This document shows positions 19,696 to 27,829 of a stretch of 59,344 bases of DNA, in pieces. The notes beneath the pieces are model-generated. The model saw nothing but the letters and a program-made list of their open reading frames with translations. It was not told the origin of the DNA and ran no database searches. Every line of letters begins with the position of its first letter. The first letter of the stretch is position 1. The DNA comes from an uncultured Alphaproteobacteria bacterium. Lineage in GTDB: Bacteria > Pseudomonadota > Alphaproteobacteria > JAAXGF01. Where the stretch lies: positions 1 to 59,344 of the forward strand of contig CAZYDR010000007.1 in the NCBI GenBank assembly GCA_964645285.1, written 5' to 3'. The position numbers were made by a program, and so were the translations under genes.

Positions 19696-20697
19696 ATGGC
19701 ATTAAGTCCCGCGAACGTAAAGAAGATGTACGGCGACGTGCCGCCGTTCATGGATGTACCCTATACCCCAGTGCTCGATGGCGTGACCGCCGATGCGGTG
19801 GTTGTCGGCATGCCCTACGACGGCATCGCCACCTACCGGGGCGGCGCTACCCGACGTGCACCCCAGGAAATCCGCAAGATGTCGTTGTTGTTTGGTGGCT
19901 ACAACTTCGACTGGGACATGGACGCCTTCGCCCATGCCGCCGTGGTCGATTGTGGCGACGTTGACGTGGTCGCCGGCAACTCCGCTGAAAGCTATGCCCG
20001 CCTGGAACGCCGAGTTGACGAGATCGGCGCCCTGGGCGCGGTACCGCTGATGATCGGCGGCGATCATGGGGTGACCTATCCGGTGGTCAAGTCGGTGGCG
20101 CGAAAGGCCGGTGCGCCACTGGGGATGATCGTCTTCGATACCCACCTCGATTTGTCTGAGGAATTTCTCGACGACCGCCTGACCCGGGCGTCACCGGTCA
20201 AGCGCATCTGCGAACTCGACGAGGTCGACCCCGGCCGCATCGTCATCATCGGCGCCAAGGGGCCGCGAAATCCGCCCGAGTGGACGCCGCTCTACAAGGA
20301 ACTCGGCATCACCGTCTACCGCGACATGGATATCCAGACCCGCGGCATGGCGGCCATCGCCGCCGAGGCCCTGGCCATCGCCGCGCCGGACGGCCGGGCG
20401 CCCTATGTGAGTGTCGATATCGACGCGGTCGACCCGGCCTTCGCGCCGGGCACCAACAGTCCCGAGGCCGGCGGCCTGACCAGCCGCGAGATCATCATGG
20501 GTGTGCGCATCGTCTGTGGGCGGGGGTTCGCCGGGTTCGACGTGGTCGAGGTGTCGCCGGATTTCGACACCGCCAGCGGCACCACCAGCCTGCTCGCTGC
20601 AAGGCTCATGGAGGAGGCAATTTGTTGTCTCGCCGCAGGCCTTATGACCGTTGGAAGGCCGCGCTCTAGCCCTACTCCTGCGCCGCGTTGGCAATGA
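19696..20697 (+). CDS. ureohydrolase (agmatinase/arginase family)
   Basis: GMPYDG, GGDHGVT, DTHLD, SVDIDAVDPAFAPGT.SPEAGGLT, DVVEVSP; RBS AGGAGG. Confidence 0.88.
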   Translation: MALSPANVKKMYGDVPPFMDVPYTPVLDGVTADAVVVGMPYDGIATYRGGATRRAPQEIRKMSLLFGGYNFDWDMDAFAHAAVVDCGDVDVVAGNSAESYARLERRVDEIGALGAVPLMIGGDHGVTYPVVKSVARKAGAPLGMIVFDTHLDLSEEFLDDRLTRASPVKRICELDEVDPGRIVIIGAKGPRNPPEWTPLYKELGITVYRDMDIQTRGMAAIAAEALAIAAPDGRAPYVSVDIDAVDPAFAPGTNSPEAGGLTSREIIMGVRIVCGRGFAGFDVVEVSPDFDTASGTTSLLAARLMEEAICCLAAGLMTVGRPRSSPTPAPRWQ

Positions 20698-21459
20698 CCT
20701 GTTCGAAGGCGGCTTTGGCCTGGGCGCCGCAGTCGTTGCGCAGATAGACGCCGGCGGCATCGAGCGGGTTATCGACGTTGTCGTCCAGCGCGACAACCCG
20801 GAAGATGGCCGAACCGCCATAGCCCAGGTTCCAGACATAGCGGCCTTCTTCCAGGGGCGGCCATTCGGCGTCCCAGGCGAGGTGGTGGCGCCGGCCGGCC
20901 AGGTCACCTGCAACACATGCTGGGGCGAGGTGCGCCGCCGCACAATCAGGTTGGTCTGCTCGGTCGGGGCTTCGGCGAGGTGGAATGTGGGATTGACGCC
21001 TTCGGTCAGACAAAAAGTGTCGGTCGCGGTGCTGATGCCGCTTGTGCCGCCACTGTGTGGACCGGCGGCCTCGGCGAACCAGGCGAACAACTGGTCGCGG
21101 GTGATGCGTTCGCCGTTGCCTGGAGCGGCTTCGGTAAGGCCCGCCAGCAGCAGCACGTCGTCCGGGCCGCCGCGTCCGGCGAAACTGAAGATAAGGCTGT
21201 CGCCGGGCTCGGTCCGCCGGACCAGATCTTGCCACGCGGCGGCGATGGCGATGCGGCTGGCATCGCCATCAGTCAGCACTTGAACATCGGCGGCCCCCGC
21301 ACCGCGCAAGGCTTCGGCCATGTCCTCGGCATCGGCGACCACGCCGTGGAGCGGCCCGGCATGCTGGTAATCGTTGATGCCGACAACGAGAGCAAAACTG
21401 GCGGCCCAGCCCCGCGACCACTAGACAGCAAGAAACGCCGCGAGAAGCAGGTCCCGCAC
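20672..21459 (-). pseudogene. degraded secreted metacaspase (peptidase C14) gene
   Basis: GTG 21459, TAG in signal peptide (21421-21423), FALVVGINDY...GVVADAEDM, FSFAGRG (His replaced by Arg), HSGG left without the preceding DxC; C-terminal part in another frame. Confidence 0.7.
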
Positions 21460-21460
21460 G

Positions 21461-22519
21461 TTAGCCGGGCGCTGTCATTTCGAGGCGGCTGACGGCATCG
21501 CCGCGGGCGCACAGGCTGGTCCAGGTCGCCGTGGCGCCGGGCAGGTAGGCCTCGATCATGGCCGGGTAGGCGATCTCGTACCACAAGGCGCCGATGTCCT
21601 GGACATCGTTGTCGGCCCAGCCGTCGTCCTGGGGGGTGTAGCCGATCTCGGCCACCAGCCGGCCCGGTGCGCTCTCGACCTCGCGGGTGTCGCAGACCAG
21701 GGTAAGGTCCAGGTCGTGATGGCGGATGAAGCTCTCCAGGCCGATCGCGATGCCGGTCTCCTCGTGACTCTGGCGCAGCAACGCGCCGCGTTCGCGGCCC
21801 CATTCGGTCAGGGCCTCGACGATGACCTCGCGACCCGTCTCGCCGTGGCGCTCGATCAACGCCTTGGCGAGGGTGAAATACTGGCCGCCGATGAGGCGGG
21901 TGGTGCGCTTGAGCGACAACCAGGCCTCCTCTAGATCGCTCAACGGCTGGTAGTCCTTGGCCAGCTTCTCGCCCAGCGCACTGGGCGCGCCCAGGTTCAG
22001 GTCCTCGGCCTCGGCCGGCATGATCCACTGGAAGTGGCAGTGGGGATCGCCCTTCATGAGGTTTTTCGGGATTACCACGTTGCCGTCCGGGTGATAGGAT
22101 GAGGCGCAGGCCTGATGGAATTCGTCGCAATAGACGTGGCCCCAGTGGAAGAACTCGGCGTTCTTCCAGGCCTCGGCGGCGGCGCAATAATGCACGTCGA
22201 AGCGCACGTAGGTCGGCTCGAAGGTGCCGTTGTCCTCGGTGTCGTCCTTGATGACGTAGGTGCTGGCGTTGTCCCAGCAATGTATCAGGGTCTCCATATT
22301 GATGTCGCGGCCCATGGCGTGGTGGGCGGCGCGCATCTCAAGGCCGCGAAACAGGCCATAGGCGCGCAGGCCGTGGCGAACCGTCATCTCGCCCTCGCGC
22401 CCGAAGCGCTCGATGGTTGCCCTGGCGAAATGCATGTAGATCCGGCCCGAACATTTCATCAGCGACTTCATGGCCTCGATGATGTCGTCGAGATTGGCGT
22501 CGTTGGGCATGGCGATCAT
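21461..22519 (-). CDS. tandem-domain L-2-amino-thiazoline-4-carboxylate hydrolase-like (ATC_hydrolase/V4R-like) protein
   Basis: Two repeats: Y.HFARATIERFGREG...YG..RG and YFTLAKALIERHGETG...WGRERG; first has C...W...YCDEFH...GDPHC. Confidence 0.75.
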   Translation of the reverse strand: MIAMPNDANLDDIIEAMKSLMKCSGRIYMHFARATIERFGREGEMTVRHGLRAYGLFRGLEMRAAHHAMGRDINMETLIHCWDNASTYVIKDDTEDNGTFEPTYVRFDVHYCAAAEAWKNAEFFHWGHVYCDEFHQACASSYHPDGNVVIPKNLMKGDPHCHFQWIMPAEAEDLNLGAPSALGEKLAKDYQPLSDLEEAWLSLKRTTRLIGGQYFTLAKALIERHGETGREVIVEALTEWGRERGALLRQSHEETGIAIGLESFIRHHDLDLTLVCDTREVESAPGRLVAEIGYTPQDDGWADNDVQDIGALWYEIAYPAMIEAYLPGATATWTSLCARGDAVSRLEMTAPG

Positions 22520-22557
22520 GACGGCGTGCCTTTCGTTGCGCGGCGGGTGGGACCAGT

Positions 22558-22575
22558 CTGGGATAGTAGGTCAGG
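22558..22575 (-). promoter_or_regulatory. 18-bp promoter/operator motif, copy 1
   Basis: CTGGGATAGTAGGTCAGG; 17/18 identical to 23128-23145; contains minus-strand -10-like TACTAT. Confidence 0.55.
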
Positions 22576-22588
22576 CGCGTTGCCGCGC

Positions 22589-23095
22589 CTAGACTTCGAT
22601 GCGCAGGACTACACCGTCCCGAAACGCCACCCACGAGCTATCCTCGCGGCCCGGTTCGGGCGGGTGGGGCAGGCCGGTGAAATAGTACAGCGCCGTCTCA
22701 GCCACCGGTAGGGCCGCCGCGTGCCACACGCCGGGCGCCACGACCACCGCCTCGCCGGGCTCGATGCGAAAGGCCACGGCGGCGGAGGCATCGGGTCGCC
22801 CGGTTGGGTCACCGAGGTCGCCGGCCGGCGCCACCACCTGGATTAGCGGCCCGTCCACGGGCAACAGAAACTCCTCGCCCGGATGACGCTCCATGACCGC
22901 CACCGGCTCGCCGGTCCGCTGGGTGACGACCTGCCCGATGCGCAAATCAGCATCTGCCAACCGCCCCACATCGAACCAGCAATCCCAGCCCGTGCCACAA
23001 GACGTCGGCACCGCGCCGGGCTTGATGATCGCCTGACCGAACGGCGCGAAGCGCTCGGCTGTCAGGCGTTCGATGGGGAGTGTGGTGTTCGGCAT
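22589..23095 (-). CDS. ureidoglycolate lyase (AllA)-like cupin
   Basis: LTAERFAPFG, MERHP...EFLLP, AF.I.PGEAVVVAPGVWH. Confidence 0.8.
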   Translation of the reverse strand: MPNTTLPIERLTAERFAPFGQAIIKPGAVPTSCGTGWDCWFDVGRLADADLRIGQVVTQRTGEPVAVMERHPGEEFLLPVDGPLIQVVAPAGDLGDPTGRPDASAAVAFRIEPGEAVVVAPGVWHAAALPVAETALYYFTGLPHPPEPGREDSSWVAFRDGVVLRIEV

Positions 23096-23127
23096 GGTGA
23101 GGTGTCTCGTTTTGCCATGAATTGAGC

Positions 23128-23145
23128 CTGGGATACTAGGTCAGG
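23128..23145 (-). promoter_or_regulatory. 18-bp promoter/operator motif, copy 2
   Basis: CTGGGATACTAGGTCAGG; minus strand reads ATGACG-N17-TAGTAT. Confidence 0.55.
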
Positions 23146-23227
23146 AGGAATTTTGCGTCATCCCCGCCGAAGAGCCCGGCCGTGCAGTGGTCCCCAGGAT
23201 CGGGACGTCATAAGAGAACGATTTTTC

Positions 23228-23308
23228 ACCACCAAGACACAAAGACACCAAGAGAAGCTTGCCTTCAGCAAAAGCGTCGCACCCTTGGTGCCTTTGTGTC
23301 TTGGTGGT
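23228..23308. repeat. palindromic REP/MITE-like element, copy C
   Basis: ACCACCAAGACACAAAGACACCAAG (23228-23252) / CTTGGTGCCTTTGTGTCTTGGTGGT (23284-23308), 24/25 inverted match, 31-bp spacer. Confidence 0.85.
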
Positions 23309-23341
23309 CAGTAAGTTTCTGTTTCCAGGCTCCAGGATGAC

Positions 23342-23707
23342 CTAACCCTGGTTCAACCCCAACTCCCGCTGCTTCTTCTTCGTCAGGCCGAGGGAGACGA
23401 TGCGGTGGGAGGCGGTCAGGTACGATTTCAGGTCTTTATCCGACAGCCCCGGTTCGTCGTAGTGCTGTAGCTATTTCATGCCGCGCGACGCCATATAGGG
23501 GGCCGGTCGCAGTCCCGACTCGTCCTGCATCATTTCATAGGCGATATGGGAGACCTTGAAGGTGATGCCGGGGTATTTGCCGTTGTCCCAGCCGCCGATG
23601 GCGAACACCTTGCCGCCGACTTTCCAGACGTGGGAGCCGCCCCATTGAACCACATGGGTGGTGTGGGGGAGCGAGCGGCAGAAGGCGTTGAACTCGTCGT
23701 AGGTCAT
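23342..23707 (-). pseudogene. MmcQ/YjbR family DNA-binding protein with internal TAG
   Basis: VVQWGGSHVWKVGGKVFAI...RPAPYMASRGMK*LQHYDEPGLSDKDLKSYL..SHRIVSLGLTKKKQRELG; TAG at 23471-23473 where homologues typically have Trp. Confidence 0.85.
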
Positions 23708-25101
23708 CAGGCCCTGATGGGCCAAACCGGCTCCGGCGATAGCCCGGACTGCTCGCAGAGCCGGCGCACGGTGGCGCGGCCGGACTCACGGGCTTCGTCG
23801 AGGTCGATGCCGGATGGCCGCCCGTCCTCGACCACCATGCGGCCGTCGCAGATCACCGTTGAGACCGAGCGGCTGCGCGAGATGAGCATAATGTCCAATA
23901 CGCGGTCGAGACCAGGGTCGGCGGCCGGCGACGATGACGAGCGGATAACGATATCGGCACGTTTGCCCGGCTCGAGGCTGCCGATTCGGTCGGCGAGGCC
24001 GACGGCGCGTGCGCCTTCGATGGTCATCATTTCCATCAGGCGGGTGGGCTGCATGTAGGCGCCATTGTCGCGGGCCAGCAGATAGGCCACGAAGGGACCG
24101 TCGCCGAAGCCCCAGGCCTTGGCTACGTCGGTGCCGAACCCCATAGCAACGCCCTTCGCGGAAATCTCCGCCATGCGATAGGGCGCGTCCTGGGAGACGC
24201 CGTAGAACATGTAGTTGGCCGGGTGCCAGACAATCATCGCGCCGCTCTCCATGAAGGCGTCGACAGCGTCGTCGTCGAGCACGTTGCAGTGGACGAAAGC
24301 GCAGTGCGGTCCGAGGGCGCCGATTTCGGCGAGATGGCGTGCTGTATGGCGGCCAAACCGCGCGGTCTCACGGGTGATCTCGCCGGCATTGAAACCCATA
24401 TGCTGATTGAGCACGACACCGTTGTCGCGGGCGCACTGGCTCGCCGCCCGCTGCAATTCATCGCTGGCGCTGCCCGAACCGTAATCGCCACATGCCCGCG
24501 CACCGGGGTCCTGGTTGCGCTTCAGTTGGCCACCGAGTTCCCTGAGGCAGCGTTCGGTTGAAGCGGGCGCGCGCACCGTCTCGCGGGCGAAAGGCATGCC
24601 TTCAAGGTCCCACAGAAGGGTATCGCCAAGCAAAGCGCGGATGCCCACCTTGTCGATTGCTTGAGCCGCCGCGTCGGGCTCGAAAACATTGCCCGCCTCC
24701 ATGAAGCAGGTGACGCCGCAGCAGGCCATTTCGGCGCTCGCGAGCAGGGTGGAAACATACTCGGCATCGTCGTCCATGGCGTTGAGCAAGCGGCCGTAGA
24801 GCGTCGTCCCCTCCGCCGCCCCGCCGCCGCCCACGGCGGGTAGCGCCGGATCGTCCGTCACGGCGCCGCGGGTGAGATGAAGATCGAGGTGGTAGTGGCC
24901 GTCGACGAAGCCCGGATGAACCGTCGCCCCGTCGGCGTCGATCGTGCGCTTTGCCCGATAGGCGGAAACGATGTCACGGTCCGGGCCGACGGCGATGAGG
25001 TCACGTCCGACAACCGCGATAGCCCCGTGGCTGTAGATCGTCCGCTCGCCGTTCATGGTCAGGACGTAGGCGTTGCGGATTAGAAGATCGCAGTCCTCCA
25101 T
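23707..25101 (-). CDS. amidohydrolase (MTA/SAH deaminase/AtzA-like)
   Basis: PGFVDGHYH, NQH, FVHCN, GFGTD, GSLEPGKRADIVI, V.TVICDGR. Confidence 0.88.
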   Translation of the reverse strand: MEDCDLLIRNAYVLTMNGERTIYSHGAIAVVGRDLIAVGPDRDIVSAYRAKRTIDADGATVHPGFVDGHYHLDLHLTRGAVTDDPALPAVGGGGAAEGTTLYGRLLNAMDDDAEYVSTLLASAEMACCGVTCFMEAGNVFEPDAAAQAIDKVGIRALLGDTLLWDLEGMPFARETVRAPASTERCLRELGGQLKRNQDPGARACGDYGSGSASDELQRAASQCARDNGVVLNQHMGFNAGEITRETARFGRHTARHLAEIGALGPHCAFVHCNVLDDDAVDAFMESGAMIVWHPANYMFYGVSQDAPYRMAEISAKGVAMGFGTDVAKAWGFGDGPFVAYLLARDNGAYMQPTRLMEMMTIEGARAVGLADRIGSLEPGKRADIVIRSSSSPAADPGLDRVLDIMLISRSRSVSTVICDGRMVVEDGRPSGIDLDEARESGRATVRRLCEQSGLSPEPVWPIRA

Positions 25102-25132
25102 TACCGTCCCTCTCTCGTCGTTTGGGTGGCCC

Positions 25133-25818
25133 CTACAACAACCCCAGGGATTTGAAGCTGGCGTGGCCCGTGCGGCCGATGATGATGTGGTCGTGGACCG
25201 TGATGCGCAGCTTCGACGCCGCCTCGGCGACCTGGCGGGTCATGTCGATGTCGGCCTTCGACGGCGTCGGGTCGCCGCTCGGGTGGTTGTGGACCATGAT
25301 CAGCGCCGTGGCGCTCAACTCCAGCGCCCGCTTGACCACCTCGCGGGGGTAGACCGGAGTGTGGTCGACGGTGCCGCTCTGCTGCACTTCGTCGGCGATC
25401 AGCACGTTCTTGTTGTTGAGAAACAGGATGCGGAGTCGTTCGGTGTCGCCGTAGCCCATGCTGGCTTTGCAGTAGGTCAACAATTGGTCCCACGAGCTGA
25501 GGATCGGCTTGTCCATGACCTCATCGCCCATGAACTTGAGCGCCGCTGCCTGGATCGCCTTGATGCCGATGACCCGACCCCGGAGCGGCCCATGCCCTTG
25601 ACCTTGCCGAGGCAGCGCAGATCGGCGCTGATGACGCCGGCGAAGCTGCCGAAGCGTTCCAGCAGGGCCTTGGCGATGGGCTTGGTGTCGCGCCGGGGCA
25701 GGGCCATGAACAGCACCAGCTCGAGCAGTTCGTAGTCGGCCAGGGCTTCGGGTCCGGTGTTGAGAAAGCGCTCGCGCAGGCGGTCGCGGTGGCCGACATG
25801 GTCGGGCTTATTGGTCAC
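25133..25818 (-). pseudogene. radC: RadC (JAB/MPN) protein, frameshifted by a 5-bp tandem duplication
   Basis: [23 protein letters not shown], then [13 protein letters not shown]...[14 protein letters not shown]...HDHIIIG in another frame; GACCC duplicated at 25571-25580. Confidence 0.9.
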
Positions 25819-25826
25819 CGGGATGC

Positions 25827-26663
25827 TCAGCTATAGGGCGGGGCGTGGTTGCCCGAGGGGGACAGGGTGAAGATCTCGCAGCCGTCCGAGGTCACCGCGA
25901 TGGAATGCTCGAACTGGGCCGAAAGCGTGCGGTCCTTGGTCACCGCGGTCCAGCCATCGCTGAGCACCTTCACTTCCGCGCGGCCCAGGTTGATCATCGG
26001 CTCGATCGTGAAGAACATGCCTTCGCGCAGCACCGGGCCCTCGCCGGGGTTGCCGTAGTGCGGCACGTTGGGCTGGTCGTGGAAGGTCAACCCCAGGCCG
26101 TGGCCGCAGAAATCGCGCACCACGGCGCAGCGTTTGCCCTCGGCGTAGGTCTGGATGGCGTGGCCGAGATCGCCCAGGGTCGAGTCCGGCTTGATCGTGG
26201 CGATGCCGCGCATCATGGCTTCATAGGTGACTTCGATGAGCCGTTCGGCCTTCTTCGAGGCGTCGCCGGCGATGAACATGCGGCTTGAATCGCCGTGCCA
26301 GCCGTCCACGGTGGGGGTCACGTCGATGTTGAGAATATCGCCGTTTTGCAGGCGTTTTTCGCCGGGAATGCCGTGACAGACCACGTGATTGATGGAGATA
26401 CATACGGACTTGGGAAAGCCGCGATAGCCGAGCGGGGCCGAGATGCCGCCATTGTCGTGGATGAATTCTGCGCAGAGATCGTCGAGATCCTCGGTCATGG
26501 CGCCGGGCACCACATGGGGGGCGATGAAGTCGAGAGTCTCGGCGGCCAGGCGGCCGGCCTTGCGCATGGGCTCGAAGTCCTCGGGGCCATGGATCAGGAT
26601 GCCGTCCGATGTGCGGGTCTCGCTAGTCGTCACCAGGGTCGGTTTGCTTTGGTAGGATGTCAT
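25827..26663 (-). CDS. map: methionine aminopeptidase type I
   Basis: GYRGFPKSVCISINHVVCHGIP, NIDVT, GDSSRM, CGHG, TIEPMIN, SAQFEHSI. Confidence 0.96.
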   Translation of the reverse strand: MTSYQSKPTLVTTSETRTSDGILIHGPEDFEPMRKAGRLAAETLDFIAPHVVPGAMTEDLDDLCAEFIHDNGGISAPLGYRGFPKSVCISINHVVCHGIPGEKRLQNGDILNIDVTPTVDGWHGDSSRMFIAGDASKKAERLIEVTYEAMMRGIATIKPDSTLGDLGHAIQTYAEGKRCAVVRDFCGHGLGLTFHDQPNVPHYGNPGEGPVLREGMFFTIEPMINLGRAEVKVLSDGWTAVTKDRTLSAQFEHSIAVTSDGCEIFTLSPSGNHAPPYS

Positions 26664-26684
26664 GTCTCGCCCGTTATTGCGTTG

Positions 26685-27386
26685 TCACCCGAATTCAATC
26701 GGTAGTGCCCGGTCAAGGGTGATCGCCTCGATGGTCAGTTTACAAGAATAGCAGATTGCTTCAACGCCGGCGGCCAGGGCCTTGGTCAGGGTCTCGGCGT
26801 AGACCGGATCGAGATCGCCGGCGATGGCGAAGCTCTCACAGTCCTCGCGCTGGACCAGGTAGACCATCACCGCCCGGTGGCCCTCCGCCACCATGTACGA
26901 CATTTCCACCAGATGCTTGGCGCCGCGCGCGGTGACCGAATCCGGGAACTCGGCGCGGCCATTGCGTTTGAGGTGGACGTTCTTGACCTCGACGTAGCAG
27001 GGTGGCTTGCCCTCGTCCTCGAGAAGAATGTCGATGCGCGAATTCTTGCCGTATTTCACTTCCCGGCGCTGGCTGTCGTAGCCGGTCAGCTCGGCGATTT
27101 GCCCGGCGGCGATGGCTTCATCGACGATGTCGTTGGGATGGGACGTGTTGATGCCCACCAGCCGGCCATCGACCCGCAGCAGCTCCCATGAGTATTTGAG
27201 CTTGCGCGCCGGGCTGCGCGACGGCGATAGCCAAACCTCGGCGCCGGGCTCCTTAAGGCCCAACATGGCGCCAGGGTTGGCGCAGTGGGCGACCACGACC
27301 TCGCCATTTTCGAGTTCGTGGTCGCTGAGGAACCGCTTGTAGCGCTTGATCAGGCGGCCACGGATCAGAGGATCGGAAAATTGCAT
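26685..27386 (-). CDS. sfsA: DNA/RNA nuclease SfsA
   Basis: KRYKRFL, AHCANPGAM, REVKYG.NSRID, YVEVKNV, FPDSVTARGAKHL. Confidence 0.95.
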   Translation of the reverse strand: MQFSDPLIRGRLIKRYKRFLSDHELENGEVVVAHCANPGAMLGLKEPGAEVWLSPSRSPARKLKYSWELLRVDGRLVGINTSHPNDIVDEAIAAGQIAELTGYDSQRREVKYGKNSRIDILLEDEGKPPCYVEVKNVHLKRNGRAEFPDSVTARGAKHLVEMSYMVAEGHRAVMVYLVQREDCESFAIAGDLDPVYAETLTKALAAGVEAICYSCKLTIEAITLDRALPIEFG

Positions 27387-27452
27387 GCTGTCTAGGTAGG
27401 TTCGCGGAAGGGGGGAGTCAACGGCGAAGGGGTTTTCATGGGGTTTCGAATT

Positions 27453-27507
27453 ATATTTCGACTATTCTAGAAATATCGTTGACATGTCGTCTTTGCCCAC
27501 TTATCTT
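27453..27507 (+). promoter_or_regulatory. ArsR operator palindrome and sigma70 promoter (likely leaderless)
   Basis: ATATTTC-N10-GAAATAT at 27453-27476; TTGACA (27479-27484)-N17-TATCTT (27502-27507); ATG begins 7 nt after the -10. Confidence 0.65.
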
Positions 27508-27513
27508 TGGATC

Positions 27514-27828
27514 ATGGATATTACCCAAGCCGCCACATGCCTGGAGAAACTGGGCAACCCGATCCGCCTCGAGATCGTCCGTCTGCTGGTTCGCGCCGGC
27601 CATGACGGTCTCGCGGTCGGCGAGATCCAGTGCCATCTCAAGGTGCCGGCCTCGACCCTGTCCCACCACATCATGCACCTCGTCACCGGCGGGCTGATCA
27701 GTCAGCAGCGCGAGGGCAGGGTGCTACGTTGCACGGTCGACTACGACCGCATGCAGGCGCTGGTGGATATGCTCACCGAGGAATGCTGCGCCGGGCTCGG
27801 CGCCAACCACGACAAGAAGGCCGGATGA
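27514..27828 (+). CDS. ArsR/SmtB family transcriptional regulator
   Basis: LGNPIRLEIVRLLVRAG..GL.VGEIQ..L.VPASTLSHH...REGR; C-terminal EECC. Confidence 0.92.
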   Translation: MDITQAATCLEKLGNPIRLEIVRLLVRAGHDGLAVGEIQCHLKVPASTLSHHIMHLVTGGLISQQREGRVLRCTVDYDRMQALVDMLTEECCAGLGANHDKKAG

Positions 27829-27829
27829 T

